The position numbers and the translations under genes are program-made. Below are positions 1-13,075 of a DNA stretch of 64,000 nucleotides, one piece after another. Origin of the DNA: Shigella phage Shf125875; the sequence record KM407600; one strand, 5' to 3'. The notes under the pieces are model-generated. The model was not told the DNA's origin, made no database searches, and saw nothing but the letters and a program-made list of their open reading frames with translations. Position 1 is the first letter of the stretch, and every line of letters begins with the position of its first letter.

Positions 1-675
1 AGAATTATAAGAACAAATGTTGGCTCCATTACTTCAATGGATGGTAATGCAACTTATCCATGGTTCACTGATTTCCTTTTAGGAATGGCCGGTGTTTCAG
101 GTGGTATGGGTAGTAATTGTGGTAAATTCTACGGCCCGAACGCTTTTGGTGCTGATCTCGGGTATTATTCTCAATTAGTATCTTATATGGGTATGCTTCA
201 AGATATGATTGCTCCTCTTCCAGATTTTTGGTTTAACTCTGCAAACGAGCAATTAAAAGTAATGGGTAACTTTAGACAGAAAGATGTCATTATCGTTGAA
301 TCGTATGTTCGCTCTTATATCGAGACCCATAAGATGGTAGGAAATACAGTAGGGTACGGTCAGGTCGGTCCTCGTGATTCATGGTCTATTTCTGAACGTT
401 ATGATAATCCAGACCATAATTTGGTAGGACGTCGAGTTGGTGAAGATCCTGCAACTAAACAAGGCGCATATAACAACCGCTGGGTTAAAGATTATGCAAC
501 TGCATTAGCTAAAGAGCTTAACGGACAAATTCTTGCTAAACATCAAGGTATGATGTTACCGGGTGGTGTCACTGTCGACGGTGTTCGATTAATTGAAGAA
601 GCTCGTTTAGAGAAAGAAGCTTTACGAGAAGAGTTATATTTACTAGACCCTCCTGCAGGTATTTTGGTAGGTTAA
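1..675 (+). CDS. 13: Neck protein gp13, 5'-truncated at window edge
   Basis: Frame open from base 1; position immediately upstream of 14-15-16-17-18 as in T4. Confidence 0.7.
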   Translation, partial: RIIRTNVGSITSMDGNATYPWFTDFLLGMAGVSGGMGSNCGKFYGPNAFGADLGYYSQLVSYMGMLQDMIAPLPDFWFNSANEQLKVMGNFRQKDVIIVESYVRSYIETHKMVGNTVGYGQVGPRDSWSISERYDNPDHNLVGRRVGEDPATKQGAYNNRWVKDYATALAKELNGQILAKHQGMMLPGGVTVDGVRLIEEARLEKEALREELYLLDPPAGILVG

Positions 676-676
676 T

Positions 677-1441
677 ATGGCAACTTATGATAAAAATCTT
701 TTCGCCAAGCTAGAAAATCGTGGTGGGTATTCTCAGACAAATGAGACCGAAATCCTCAATCCATTTGTCAATTTTAATAACTATGAGAATAGTCAGACAT
801 TAGCCGATGTTCTAGTGGCAGAAAGCATACAGATGCGCGGTATTGAATGTTTTTATGTTCCACGTGAATATGTTGCCGTGGACCTTATCTTTGGTGAGGA
901 CCTTAAAAATAAATTTACTAAAGCATGGAAATTTGCTGCATATCTGAACTCTTTTGAAGGTTATGAAGGAGCGAAATCGTTCTTCAGCAACTTCGGAATG
1001 CAAGTTCAAGACGAAGTTACATTATCTATTAACCCGGGTCTTTTTAAACACCAGGTCAACAATCAGGAGCCTAAGGAAGGTGATTTAATATACTTCCCAA
1101 TGGATAACAGTTTGTTTGAGATTAACTGGGTTGAACCATATGACCCATTCTATCAAGTAGGTAAAAATGCGATTCGTAAAATTACTGCAGGCAAGTTTAT
1201 TTACTCTGGCGAAGAAATCAATCCGGTGCTTCAGAAAAATGAAGGTATCAATATACCTGAATTTAGTGACTTGGAACTTAACCCTGTTAGAAATCTTGAC
1301 GGTATCCATGACATTAATATCGATGAATATTCTGAAGTTGAGCAAATCAATTCAGAGGCAAGTGAATACGTTGAGCCGTATGTAGTAGTTAACAACCGCG
1401 GTAGACAAAATTCACCGTTTGACGATGGGTTTATGAATTAA
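677..1441 (+). CDS. 14: Neck protein gp14
   Basis: 254 aa (T4 gp14 about 256 aa); synteny. Confidence 0.75.
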   Translation: MATYDKNLFAKLENRGGYSQTNETEILNPFVNFNNYENSQTLADVLVAESIQMRGIECFYVPREYVAVDLIFGEDLKNKFTKAWKFAAYLNSFEGYEGAKSFFSNFGMQVQDEVTLSINPGLFKHQVNNQEPKEGDLIYFPMDNSLFEINWVEPYDPFYQVGKNAIRKITAGKFIYSGEEINPVLQKNEGINIPEFSDLELNPVRNLDGIHDINIDEYSEVEQINSEASEYVEPYVVVNNRGRQNSPFDDGFMN

Positions 1442-1490
1442 TAAATAGATAAGATAAAGCAAACGCCGGTCGAAAGGCCGGTTAGGAGAA

Positions 1491-2315
1491 ATGATGTTTG
1501 GTTATTTTTACAACTCGTCGTTCAGGCGATATATCACAATGATGGGCGATTTGTTTTCAAATATCCAAGTTAACCGTCAATTGTCTACAGGCAATAAATT
1601 AATTAGAGTTCCTATTACGTATGCATCTAAAGAGCACTTTATGATGAAACTTAATAAATGGACCTCTATAAACTCACAAGAAGATGTGGCTAAAGTCGAA
1701 ACTATTCTACCACGTATAAATCTCCAAATGGTAGATTTCGTTTATAACCCAACGTTTAAAACGAATATATTGAATAACTCTCTTTTGAGTAAATCGACTA
1801 AGGATATTGTAGACCAATACAACCCATCACCAATTAAAATGATTTTTGAACTGAGCATCTTTACTCGTTATGAAGATGATATGTTCCAAATCGTTGAGCA
1901 AATTATTCCATATTTTCAGCCGCATTTTAATACGACTATGATTGAGCAATATGGGCAGGATATTCCATTTGAAAGGGATATTAAAGTCGTATGGATGGCA
2001 GCAGCAATGGACGAACAAATAGACGGTGATAATTTATCTCGTCGACGCTTAGAGTGGTCATTAACATTTGAAGTAAATGGATGGATGTATCCTCCGGTAG
2101 GCGCAGCTGAAGGCCTTATTAAAACGACTTATCTTGATTTTCATGCTAATGAACGAGACCTTCAAACAGCCGCCAGTGTTTTTGAATCAGTTGATACAGA
2201 AATTAAACCGAGAGACGTTGAAGCACAAGATTGGAATGGCGAAGTTGAACAAACTTATACTCATGATATTCCAATCCCGACTCCACCAACCCCTCCTGGT
2301 CCTAGAAAACAATAA
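1491..2315 (+). CDS. 15: Tail sheath stabiliser / tail completion protein gp15
   Basis: 274 aa (T4 about 272 aa); synteny upstream of terminase genes. Confidence 0.75.
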   Translation: MMFGYFYNSSFRRYITMMGDLFSNIQVNRQLSTGNKLIRVPITYASKEHFMMKLNKWTSINSQEDVAKVETILPRINLQMVDFVYNPTFKTNILNNSLLSKSTKDIVDQYNPSPIKMIFELSIFTRYEDDMFQIVEQIIPYFQPHFNTTMIEQYGQDIPFERDIKVVWMAAAMDEQIDGDNLSRRRLEWSLTFEVNGWMYPPVGAAEGLIKTTYLDFHANERDLQTAASVFESVDTEIKPRDVEAQDWNGEVEQTYTHDIPIPTPPTPPGPRKQ

Positions 2316-2324
2316 GAGGTAAAT

Positions 2325-4641
<2,317 letters not shown>

Positions 4642-4668
4642 AAATAAAGCAAATTAAGAGGAATTAAA

Positions 4669-6651
4669 ATGTCACTTCTCTCTCCGGGCGTTGAGCTCAA
4701 AGAAACTACCGTACAGAGTACTGTAGTTAATAACTCCACTGGTACTGCTGCCCTGGCTGGAAAATTCCAATGGGGACCTGCATTCCAGATTAAACAAATC
4801 ACTGATGAAGTTGCATTAGTTGATATGTTTGGTACTCCTAATACGGATACAGCAGATTATTTCATGTCTGCTATGAACTTCCTTCAATATGGTAATGACC
4901 TTCGCGTTGTGCGTGCAGTTGATCGTGATACTGCTAAGAACTCATCTCCTGTAGCAGGCAATATTGAATTCACAATCTCTGCTGCTGGTAGTAACTATGC
5001 TGTTGGTGATAAAATTATCGTTAAGTATTTGACCGAAACTGTTGAAGCAGATGGTTATGTCACTTCAGTTGATGTTGATGGTAAAATTCTTAACATTTAT
5101 ATCCCAACCGGTAAAATTATTGCTCGTGCAAAAGAAATTAACGAATATCCGGCATTGGGTTCTAACTGGACTGCCGAAGTTGCCAGTTCTTCTTCTGGAC
5201 TTTCTGGCGTTATTACAATTGGTTCTATCGTAACCGATTCTGGTATTCTGTTAACTGAAGTTGAAACTTCTGAAGAAGCTATTACTTCTCTAACTTTCCA
5301 AGAATCTATTAAAAAATATGGTGTCCCAGGTGTAGTTGCTCTTTATCCTGGTGAACTTGGCGACCAGCTCGAAATTGAAATCGTATCTAAAGCAGACTAT
5401 GACAAAGGTGCTTCAGCCCAGTTAAAAATTTATCCTGATGGTGGTACTCGTGCATCTACGGCTAAAGCAATCTTTGGGTATGGCCCACAAACTGATGACC
5501 AATATGCAATTATCGTTCGTCGTAACGATGCTGTAGTCCAGAGTGTAATTCTTTCTACTAAACGCGGTGAACGCGATATTTATGGTAGTAATATCTTTAT
5601 TGATGATTTCTTTGCTAAAGGCGCAAGCAATTATATTTTCGCTACTGCACAAGGTTGGCCAAAAGGTTTCTCTGGCGTAATCAAACTGGGTGGTGGCTTA
5701 TCATCTAATGAAACGGTTGACGCTGGTGATTTAATGGAAGCTTGGGATTTGTTTGCCGACCGCGAATCTGTTAATGCGCAGTTGTTTATTGCCGGTTCTT
5801 GTGCAGGTGAATCTTTAGAAGTTGCTTCTACAGTTCAGAAACATGTTGTAGCAATTGGTGATTCTCGCCAAGATTGCTTGGTTCTTTGCTCACCGCCACG
5901 TGCAACTATAGTCGGTATTCCTGTTAATCGTGCAGTTGATAATCTGGTTGATTGGCGTACTGCGTCAGGAACTTACACTGATAATAACTTTAATGTAAGT
6001 TCTACTTACGCGGCTATTGACGGTAACTATAAATATCAATACGACAAATATAATGATGTGAATCGTTGGGTTCCATTAGCCGCTGATATCGCTGGTCTTT
6101 GTGCTCGTACAGACAATATTTCTCAGCCTTGGATGTCTCCTGCCGGTTATAACCGTGGACAAATTCTTAACGTTATTAAGCTTGCAATTGAAACTCGCCA
6201 ACCACAGCGTGATCGTTTGTATCAGGAAGCTATTAACCCTGTTACTGGTACCGGTGGTGATGGGTATGTTCTGTATGGTGATAAAACTGCTACTTCCGTT
6301 CCTTCACCATTTGACCGTATTAACGTTCGTCGTTTGTTCAATATGGTTAAAACGAACATTGGTTCAGCATCTAAATATCGCCTGTTTGAATTGAACAACG
6401 CATTTACCCGTTCTTCTTTCCGTACAGAGACTTCTCAATATCTACAGGGTATTAAAGCTCTTGGTGGTGTATATAACTTTAAAGTTGTTTGTGATACTAC
6501 CAATAACACACCAGCGGTTATCGACCGTAATGAATTTGTAGCTACTTTCTACTTACAACCTGCGAGATCGATAAATTATATTACGTTGAACTTTGTAGCA
6601 ACAGCAACGGGTGCCGATTTCGACGAACTAATTGGTGCTGTAGGTGGTTAA
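4669..6651 (+). CDS. 18: Tail sheath protein gp18
   Basis: 660 aa (T4 659 aa); synteny; late promoter upstream. Confidence 0.9.
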   Translation: MSLLSPGVELKETTVQSTVVNNSTGTAALAGKFQWGPAFQIKQITDEVALVDMFGTPNTDTADYFMSAMNFLQYGNDLRVVRAVDRDTAKNSSPVAGNIEFTISAAGSNYAVGDKIIVKYLTETVEADGYVTSVDVDGKILNIYIPTGKIIARAKEINEYPALGSNWTAEVASSSSGLSGVITIGSIVTDSGILLTEVETSEEAITSLTFQESIKKYGVPGVVALYPGELGDQLEIEIVSKADYDKGASAQLKIYPDGGTRASTAKAIFGYGPQTDDQYAIIVRRNDAVVQSVILSTKRGERDIYGSNIFIDDFFAKGASNYIFATAQGWPKGFSGVIKLGGGLSSNETVDAGDLMEAWDLFADRESVNAQLFIAGSCAGESLEVASTVQKHVVAIGDSRQDCLVLCSPPRATIVGIPVNRAVDNLVDWRTASGTYTDNNFNVSSTYAAIDGNYKYQYDKYNDVNRWVPLAADIAGLCARTDNISQPWMSPAGYNRGQILNVIKLAIETRQPQRDRLYQEAINPVTGTGGDGYVLYGDKTATSVPSPFDRINVRRLFNMVKTNIGSASKYRLFELNNAFTRSSFRTETSQYLQGIKALGGVYNFKVVCDTTNNTPAVIDRNEFVATFYLQPARSINYITLNFVATATGADFDELIGAVGG

Positions 6652-6664
6652 TAAGACGCCTGAT

Positions 6665-6682
6665 GGGCTATTTCGGTAGCCC
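6665..6682 (+). terminator. Hairpin after gene 18
   Basis: GGGCTA-TTTCGG-TAGCCC just past gene 18 stop. Confidence 0.45.
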
Positions 6683-6683
6683 A

Positions 6684-6691
6684 TATAAATA
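6684..6691 (+). promoter_or_regulatory. T4-type late promoter for gene 19
   Basis: CCATATAAATATAACTAT, same extended sequence as at 7305. Confidence 0.65.
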
Positions 6692-6764
6692 TAACTATAT
6701 CGTTTAAAAATTAATTCTATGGGCATCTGGTTAATCCTAAGCCCATATTACTACAGAGGCTAAT

Positions 6765-7256
6765 ATGTTTGTAGATGACGTAACTCGTGCCTTCGAATCA
6801 GGTGATTTCGCTCGCCCTAACCTGTTCGAAGTAGAAATTTCTTATCTTGGGCAAAACTTTAGCTTCCAGTGTCGTGCTACGGCTCTTCCTGCTGCGATCG
6901 TTGAAAAGGTTCCTGTTTCTTATATGAACCGTAAAATTAACGTGGCCGGTGATCGTACATTCGATGATTGGACTATTACAGTAATGAACGATGATGCTCA
7001 TAGCATTCGTCAGAAATTTGTTGATTGGCAAGGTATTGCAGCAGGACAAGGTAATGAAATTACGGGTGGTAAACCTGCTGAATATAAAAAGACTGCTATC
7101 GTTCGTCAATTTGCTCGTGATGCTAAAACGGTCACTAAAGAAGTTGAAATTGTTGGCTTGTGGCCTACTAACGTCGGTGAAGTATCTCTTGATTGGGATT
7201 CGAATAACGAGATTGAAACGTTCGAAGTAACTCTTGCTCTTGATTGGTGGGAATAA
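6765..7256 (+). CDS. 19: Tail tube protein gp19
   Basis: 163 aa, same as T4; late promoter upstream. Confidence 0.9.
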   Translation: MFVDDVTRAFESGDFARPNLFEVEISYLGQNFSFQCRATALPAAIVEKVPVSYMNRKINVAGDRTFDDWTITVMNDDAHSIRQKFVDWQGIAAGQGNEITGGKPAEYKKTAIVRQFARDAKTVTKEVEIVGLWPTNVGEVSLDWDSNNEIETFEVTLALDWWE

Positions 7257-7263
7257 TCTGGTT

Positions 7264-7277
7264 GGGGAGAAATCCCC
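7264..7277 (+). terminator. GAAA-tetraloop hairpin after gene 19
   Basis: GGGGA-GAAA-TCCCC 8 nt past gene 19 stop. Confidence 0.45.
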
Positions 7278-7304
7278 AGCTTCCCGTGATGACGGAGAAG
7301 TCCA

Positions 7305-7312
7305 TATAAATA
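7305..7312 (+). promoter_or_regulatory. T4-type late promoter for gene 20
   Basis: CCATATAAATATAACTATA about 30 nt upstream of ATG. Confidence 0.65.
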
Positions 7313-7340
7313 TAACTATAATTCCCATTCGGAGAATACA

Positions 7341-8912
7341 ATGAAATTTAATATCTTAAGTTTGTTTGCTCCATGGGCAAAAATGGACGAACGTGATTAC
7401 AAAGACCAAGAAAAAGAAAATTTAGAATCTATCACCACACCAAAATTAGACGACGGTGCTAAAGAATACGAAGTATCTGAAAATGAAGCACAGCAAACAT
7501 ATAATGCTATGTTTCAGAGAATGTTCGGTAGTCAAGAACCAGGGCTCAAATCAACCCGTGAATTAATCGATACGTATCGAAATTTGATGACGAACTATGA
7601 AGTGGATAATGCAGTCTCTGAAATAGTTTCTGATGCTATCGTATATGAAGATGATACAGAAGTCGTTTCTATAAATTTAGACAACACAAAATTTAGTCCA
7701 AATATAAAATCAATGATGTTGGATGAATTTAACGAAGTGTTGAATCATTTATCTTTCCAACGTAAAGGTTCAGACCATTTTAGACGTTGGTATGTAGATT
7801 CTCGAATTTTCTTCCATAAAATTATTGACCCTAAACGCCCTAAAGAAGGTATTAAAGAGCTTCGTCGTTTAGACCCACGTCAAGTTCAATATGTCCGTGA
7901 AGTTATTACAACCACTGAAGCCGGTGTTAAAATAGTCAAGGGTTATAAAGAATATTTCATTTATGACACATCACACGAATCTTATGCTTGTGATGGCCGC
8001 ATATATGAAGCTGGCACAAAAATAAAAATCCCTAAAGCCGCGATTGTTTATGCCCATTCTGGTTTGGTTGATTGTTGTGGTAAAAATATCATCGGTTATT
8101 TGCATCGGGCTATTAAGCCAGCGAACCAATTAAAACTTCTTGAAGATGCCGTCGTAATTTATCGTATTACTCGTGCTCCTGATCGTCGTGTATGGTACGT
8201 TGATACAGGTAATATGCCTTCAAGAAAAGCAGCAGAACATATGCAGCATGTTATGAATACGATGAAAAACCGTATTGCATATGATGCTACTACAGGCAAG
8301 ATTAAAAACCAGCAGCATATTATGTCGATGACCGAAGATTATTGGTTACAACGACGTGATGGTAAAGCAGTAACAGAAGTTGACACATTACCAGGTGCAG
8401 ATAATACCGGAAACATGGAAGATGTACGTTGGTTCCGTAATGCGCTTTATATGGCTTTACGTATTCCTATTACCCGTATTCCAAGTGACCAAGGTGGTAT
8501 ACAGTTTGATGCTGGTACTTCTATTACACGAGATGAATTGTCATTTGGTAAATTTATTCGTGAGCTGCAACATAAATTTGAAGAGATATTCCTAGACCCG
8601 CTTAAAACTAATTTAATTCTTAAAGGAATTATTACAGAAGATGAGTGGAATGATGAAATAAATAATATTAAGATAAAATTTCATCGGGATAGTTATTTCT
8701 CGGAATTAAAGGATGCTGAGATTCTGGAGCGTCGCATTAATATGCTTCAGATGGCCGAACCATTTATTGGTAAATATATTTCTCACAGAACAGCTATGAA
8801 AGATATTCTTCAGATGTCTGACGAGGAAATTGAACAAGAGGCTAAGCAAATTGAAGAAGAGTCGAAAGAGGCTCGTTTCCAAGACCCCGACCAAGAACAA
8901 GAGGATTTTTAA
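7341..8912 (+). CDS. 20: Portal vertex protein gp20
   Basis: 523 aa (T4 524 aa); late promoter upstream. Confidence 0.9.
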   Translation: MKFNILSLFAPWAKMDERDYKDQEKENLESITTPKLDDGAKEYEVSENEAQQTYNAMFQRMFGSQEPGLKSTRELIDTYRNLMTNYEVDNAVSEIVSDAIVYEDDTEVVSINLDNTKFSPNIKSMMLDEFNEVLNHLSFQRKGSDHFRRWYVDSRIFFHKIIDPKRPKEGIKELRRLDPRQVQYVREVITTTEAGVKIVKGYKEYFIYDTSHESYACDGRIYEAGTKIKIPKAAIVYAHSGLVDCCGKNIIGYLHRAIKPANQLKLLEDAVVIYRITRAPDRRVWYVDTGNMPSRKAAEHMQHVMNTMKNRIAYDATTGKIKNQQHIMSMTEDYWLQRRDGKAVTEVDTLPGADNTGNMEDVRWFRNALYMALRIPITRIPSDQGGIQFDAGTSITRDELSFGKFIRELQHKFEEIFLDPLKTNLILKGIITEDEWNDEINNIKIKFHRDSYFSELKDAEILERRINMLQMAEPFIGKYISHRTAMKDILQMSDEEIEQEAKQIEEESKEARFQDPDQEQEDF

Positions 8913-9148
8913 TGGACGATTTAATTCAAGCTATTAAATCAAACGACCTCGTTGCTACTCGAAAGTTTTTTGAAAGTGCAATGGCAGAAAAAGCGGTTCG
9001 TTTGATTGAAGCACGCAAAGCAGAAATCGCTTCTCAATTTTTGATTGAAGGCGAAGAACCTGAAGAAGAAAAGAAAGCTAAAGCTTCGGAAGACGACGCT
9101 GATGAAGGCGATGACGACGAAGACGAAGATGATGAGGACGATGAATAA
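8912..9148 (+). CDS. 67: Prohead core protein gp67
   Basis: 78 aa with poly-acidic C-terminus; position between 20 and 68. Confidence 0.7.
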   Translation: MDDLIQAIKSNDLVATRKFFESAMAEKAVRLIEARKAEIASQFLIEGEEPEEEKKAKASEDDADEGDDDEDEDDEDDE

Positions 9149-9573
9149 TGTATCTTATCCCTGAATCTTATGAATTGGTACTCGAAAATGTCGAAGCACT
9201 TATTCCTGAAGCACAGGGCCGAATCGATGCATTGTCTTCTGCTCTCGATATTGACGATATAAATACTATTATCGAGAACATGCTTGAAACTGAAACGGAT
9301 TTAGCTGTTGCAATGGCTTCCATTATTAATGAAGAACAGTTAAATGAGTTTATCGTTAAACATGTTTCTTCTCGTGGTGAAGTCACCCGCACTAAAGACC
9401 GTAAAACTCGTGAACGTAACGCGTTCCAAACCACTGGTCTTTCTAAAGCAAAACGTAGACAAATCGCTCGTAAGGTCGTTAAAGCTAAAAAAGCTAACCC
9501 TTCAGGCCAAGTTAAAGGCTTGCGTAAGCGTAAAAAGGCTCTTAAACGTCGTAAAGCATTAGGATTAAGCTAA
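9148..9573 (+). CDS. 68: Prohead core protein gp68
   Basis: 141 aa, same as T4 gp68; basic C-terminus. Confidence 0.7.
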   Translation: MYLIPESYELVLENVEALIPEAQGRIDALSSALDIDDINTIIENMLETETDLAVAMASIINEEQLNEFIVKHVSSRGEVTRTKDRKTRERNAFQTTGLSKAKRRQIARKVVKAKKANPSGQVKGLRKRKKALKRRKALGLS

Positions 9574-10220
9574 TGAATAAACCCGAGTTACTTATTGAAA
9601 CTTGGGGTCAACCCGGTGAGATTATTGATGGCGTTCCAATGTTGGAATCTCATGATGGAAAAGATTCTGGCTTAAAACCAGGGCTTTATATAGAAGGTAT
9701 TTTTCTTCAGGCAGAGGTTGTTAACCGAAATAAACGTTTATATCCTAAACGCGTTTTGGAAAAAGCAGTAAGTGACTATATTAAAGAACAAGTCGCAACC
9801 AAACAAGCCCTTGGAGAATTAAACCATCCACCTCGTGCAAATGTTGACCCTATGCAAGCCGCTATCATTATTGAAGATATGTGGTGGAAAGGAAACGATG
9901 TATATGGACGCGCTAGAATTATTGAAGGCGACCATGGTCCCGGTGATAAATTAGCTGCTAATATACGAGCTGGTTGGATTCCAGGTGTTTCCTCTCGTGG
10001 TCTTGGTTCTTTAACCGACACCAATAAAGGGTACCGTATCGTGAACGAAGGATTTAAATTAACCGTCGGCGTAGATGCCGTATGGGGACCTTCTGCTCCA
10101 GATGCTTGGGTTACTCCTAAACAAATATCAGAATCAGAATCAGAAAATTCGGTGGAAATCACCAAAAACAGTGCTGACGAAGCATTTAAAGCTCTCGCAG
10201 AGAGTTTAAAAGCATTATAA
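9573..10220 (+). CDS. 21: Prohead core scaffold protein and protease gp21
   Basis: 215 aa (T4 212 aa); synteny. Confidence 0.85.
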   Translation: MNKPELLIETWGQPGEIIDGVPMLESHDGKDSGLKPGLYIEGIFLQAEVVNRNKRLYPKRVLEKAVSDYIKEQVATKQALGELNHPPRANVDPMQAAIIIEDMWWKGNDVYGRARIIEGDHGPGDKLAANIRAGWIPGVSSRGLGSLTDTNKGYRIVNEGFKLTVGVDAVWGPSAPDAWVTPKQISESESENSVEITKNSADEAFKALAESLKAL

Positions 10221-10223
10221 ATA
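10216..10223 (+). promoter_or_regulatory. T4-type late promoter for gene 22
   Basis: TATAAATA overlapping gene 21 stop, about 30 nt upstream of gene 22. Confidence 0.55.
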
Positions 10224-10253
10224 ATAATGTAATCTAAACCACAGGACACTAAA

Positions 10254-11066
10254 ATGATCAAAGAACAACTTTTGAAAGAAGCTCAGAACATCGAGACTTC
10301 AGTTGCTCTTAATAGTGTTTTCGAATCAGTAGAACTGTCTCCGGACGTTAAAGCTAATTTCAGCACTGTATTCGAAGCCACCGTTAAGCAGGAAGCAGTC
10401 AAACTGGCTGAATCTCATATCAAAGCCATCGCCGAAAAGGCTGAAGAAGAAGTTGAAAAGGCCAAAGAAGATGCTGAAGAGAAAGCTGATAAAAAATTGG
10501 CTGAACAAGCTTCTAAATTCCTAGACCATCTTGCAAAAGAATGGCTCGCAGAAAACCAAATCGCAGTTGATAAAGGCATTAAAGCTGATTTGTTCGAATC
10601 CATGCTTGGTGGTCTGAAAGAACTGTTTGTTGAACATAACGTTGTTGTTCCAGAAGAATCTGTAGATGTTGTAGCAGAAATGGAAGAAGAGCTGGCCGAA
10701 CATAAAGAAGAAACCGCTCGTTTGTTCGAAGAAGTTACCAAACGTGATGCATATATCAATTACGTTCAGCGTGAAACCGCTATTAATGAAAGCGTAAAAG
10801 ACCTGACTGAATCTCAGAAAGAAAAAGTTATTGGCCTGGTTGAAGGTATGGATTATTCTGACGCATTTGGTACTAAGTTAACTGCTATTGTAGAAATGGT
10901 TAAAGGTTCTACTAAAGAAGAAGCCGCTATTACCGAAAGTATAAATACAGTTGACAATGACGCTGCCGGTCTTAATTTTGTTGCCGAAGCAGTTGACACT
11001 ACCACAACTCAGGTAGAACAGAATTCTAATGTAAGTTTATATGCGAAAGTCGCATCTCGTTTCTAA
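10254..11066 (+). CDS. 22: Prohead core (major scaffold) protein gp22
   Basis: 270 aa, Glu/Ala-rich coiled-coil; T4 gp22 269 aa. Confidence 0.85.
   Translation: MIKEQLLKEAQNIETSVALNSVFESVELSPDVKANFSTVFEATVKQEAVKLAESHIKAIAEKAEEEVEKAKEDAEEKADKKLAEQASKFLDHLAKEWLAENQIAVDKGIKADLFESMLGGLKELFVEHNVVVPEESVDVVAEMEEELAEHKEETARLFEEVTKRDAYINYVQRETAINESVKDLTESQKEKVIGLVEGMDYSDAFGTKLTAIVEMVKGSTKEEAAITESINTVDNDAAGLNFVAEAVDTTTTQVEQNSNVSLYAKVASRF
10940..10947 (+). promoter_or_regulatory. Candidate late promoter for gene 23, inside gene 22 coding sequence
   Basis: TATAAATAC about 137 nt upstream of gene 23 ATG. Confidence 0.4.
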
Positions 11067-11083
11067 TTTAAAGGTTAACACAA

Positions 11084-12652
11084 ATGACTACTATCAAAAC
11101 TAAAGCTCAGCTCGTAGACAAATGGAAAGAACTGCTGGAAGGTGAAGGCCTGCCGGAAATCGCTAATAGCAAGCAGGCTATTATCGCTAAAATCTTCGAA
11201 AACCAGGAAAAAGATTTCGAAGTATCCCCTGAATATAAAGACGAGAAAATCGCTCAGGCATTTGGTTCTTTCTTGACCGAAGCTGAAATTGGTGGTGACC
11301 ACGGTTATAATGCTCAGAATATTGCAGCAGGTCAAACCTCTGGTGCAGTAACCCAAATTGGGCCGGCAGTTATGGGTATGGTTCGTCGTGCTATTCCTAA
11401 TCTGATCGCTTTTGATATTTGTGGTGTTCAGCCTATGAACAGCCCGACCGGTCAGGTATTTGCTCTCCGTGCAGTATATGGTAAAGACCCTATCGCTGCT
11501 GGCGCTAAAGAAGCTTTCCATCCGATGTATGCCCCAGACGCGATGTTCTCTGGTCAGGGTGCTGCTAAGAAATTCCCAGCTCTGGCTGCTGACACTACCA
11601 CCGTTGTAGGTGATATCTATACTCACTTCTTCCAAGAAACTGGTACTGTATATCTGCAAGCTTCTGCTATCGTAACACTTGATTCTGGTGCAACTGATGC
11701 AGCTAAATTAGATGCAGAAGTTAAGAAACAAATGGAAGCTGGTGCACTGGTAGAAATCGCTGAAGGTATGGCTACTTCTATCGCTGAACTCCAGGAAGGT
11801 TTCAACGGTTCTACCGATAACCCATGGAATGAAATGGGCTTCCGTATCGATAAACAAGTTATCGAAGCTAAATCTCGCCAGCTGAAAGCTGCTTACTCTA
11901 TCGAATTAGCACAAGACCTCCGTGCAGTACACGGTATGGATGCTGATGCTGAACTGAGCGGTATTCTGGCTACGGAAATTATGCTAGAAATCAACCGTGA
12001 AGTTGTTGATTGGATTAACTACTCTGCACAGGTTGGTAAATCTGGTATGACCCTGACTCCGGGTTCTAAAGCCGGTGTATTTGACTTCCAGGACCCGATT
12101 GATATCCGTGGTGCTCGTTGGGCCGGTGAAAGCTTTAAATCTCTGTTGTTCCAGATTGATAAAGAAGCAGTTGAAATTGCTCGTCAAACCGGTCGTGGTG
12201 AAGGTAACTTCATTATCGCTTCCCGTAACGTAGTTAACGTACTGGCTTCAGTTGATACTGGTATTTCTTACGCTGCACAGGGTCTGGCTTCTGGGTTTAA
12301 TACCGACACTACTAAGTCTGTATTTGCCGGTGTACTTGGTGGTAAATACCGCGTATACATCGACCAGTATGCTAAACAGGATTACTTCACCGTTGGTTAC
12401 AAAGGCGCTAACGAAATGGATGCAGGTATTTACTATGCTCCTTACGTTGCACTTACCCCACTGCGTGGTTCCGATCCTAAGAACTTCCAGCCGGTAATGG
12501 GCTTTAAAACTCGTTACGGTATCGGTGTTAACCCGTTTGCTGAAAGTTCCCTGCAGGCTCCAGGTGCTCGCATCCAGTCCGGTATGCCGTCTATCCTGAA
12601 CAGCCTTGGTAAGAACGCTTACTTCCGCCGTGTATATGTAAAAGGCATCTAA
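11084..12652 (+). CDS. 23: Major capsid protein gp23
   Basis: 522 aa; near-identical over long stretches to T4 gp23 as I recall it (MTTIKTKAQL...RRVYVKGI). Confidence 0.97.
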   Translation: MTTIKTKAQLVDKWKELLEGEGLPEIANSKQAIIAKIFENQEKDFEVSPEYKDEKIAQAFGSFLTEAEIGGDHGYNAQNIAAGQTSGAVTQIGPAVMGMVRRAIPNLIAFDICGVQPMNSPTGQVFALRAVYGKDPIAAGAKEAFHPMYAPDAMFSGQGAAKKFPALAADTTTVVGDIYTHFFQETGTVYLQASAIVTLDSGATDAAKLDAEVKKQMEAGALVEIAEGMATSIAELQEGFNGSTDNPWNEMGFRIDKQVIEAKSRQLKAAYSIELAQDLRAVHGMDADAELSGILATEIMLEINREVVDWINYSAQVGKSGMTLTPGSKAGVFDFQDPIDIRGARWAGESFKSLLFQIDKEAVEIARQTGRGEGNFIIASRNVVNVLASVDTGISYAAQGLASGFNTDTTKSVFAGVLGGKYRVYIDQYAKQDYFTVGYKGANEMDAGIYYAPYVALTPLRGSDPKNFQPVMGFKTRYGIGVNPFAESSLQAPGARIQSGMPSILNSLGKNAYFRRVYVKGI

Positions 12653-12676
12653 TCTTAATTGATTAAATCTTATTTT

Positions 12677-12700
12677 GGGAGACTTCGGTCTCCCATTTTT
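12677..12700. terminator. UUCG-tetraloop hairpin terminator between convergent gene 23 and the 89 aa ORF
   Basis: GGGAGAC-TTCG-GTCTCCC followed by ATTTTTGGTTTT. Confidence 0.7.
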
Positions 12701-12704
12701 GGTT

Positions 12705-12974
12705 TTATTTCTGTGCAATTTCGATGTAAGTTTTCAAAATATTTTGCCAATTAGGCATACCTTCTTGGACATATGCCGGAGAACCGTCTTTGTTTTTGAA
12801 TGATGCAAGTTTATCAGTGGCCCAATAACCTTTAGCTCGAGCTTCAGAATCAACTTTCATCCATACTTTGTTGAAGGCATTACCATTAACTTTTGCACCA
12901 TATTTTTCTACTAACTTAACTGCTTCAGCTTCTAGAACTTTTAAAGTATCTCGTAAGAAACGTGCTTTAGTCAT
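12705..12974 (-). CDS. Hypothetical 89 aa protein at the 23/24 junction (the segD position in T4)
   Basis: ORF with AGAGGAG RBS, early-type promoter upstream and hairpin terminator downstream; no GIY-YIG motif. Confidence 0.5.
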   Translation of the reverse strand: MTKARFLRDTLKVLEAEAVKLVEKYGAKVNGNAFNKVWMKVDSEARAKGYWATDKLASFKNKDGSPAYVQEGMPNWQNILKTYIEIAQK

Positions 12975-13003
12975 TTTGTTTACTCCTCTGTAGTTGATAA
13001 GTC

Positions 13004-13034
13004 TATAGTATCACACGCCAAATACGTTGTAAAC
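13004..13034 (-). promoter_or_regulatory. Early sigma70-type promoter (GTTTAC / TGnTACTAT family) for the 89 aa ORF
   Basis: Minus-strand GTTTACAACGTATTTGGCGTGTGATACTATAGAC. Confidence 0.5.
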
Positions 13035-13040
13035 AATCTT

Positions 13041-13048
13041 TATAAATA
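13041..13048 (+). promoter_or_regulatory. T4-type late promoter for gene 24
   Basis: TATAAATAATCTAT about 28 nt upstream of gene 24. Confidence 0.6.
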
Positions 13049-13075
13049 ATCTATATCACATAAGGAAAAAATGCA

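Noticed and set aside
812-1345. Minus-strand and alternate-frame ORFs inside gene 14 (812-1009, 1085-1345, 1167-1385)
   Set aside because: Fully embedded in a conserved structural gene, with no RBS and low-complexity composition; typical shadow ORFs.
10100-10160. Short CAGAAT repeat
   Set aside because: Codes for the SESESE stretch at the gp21 C-terminus; coding low complexity, not a regulatory repeat.
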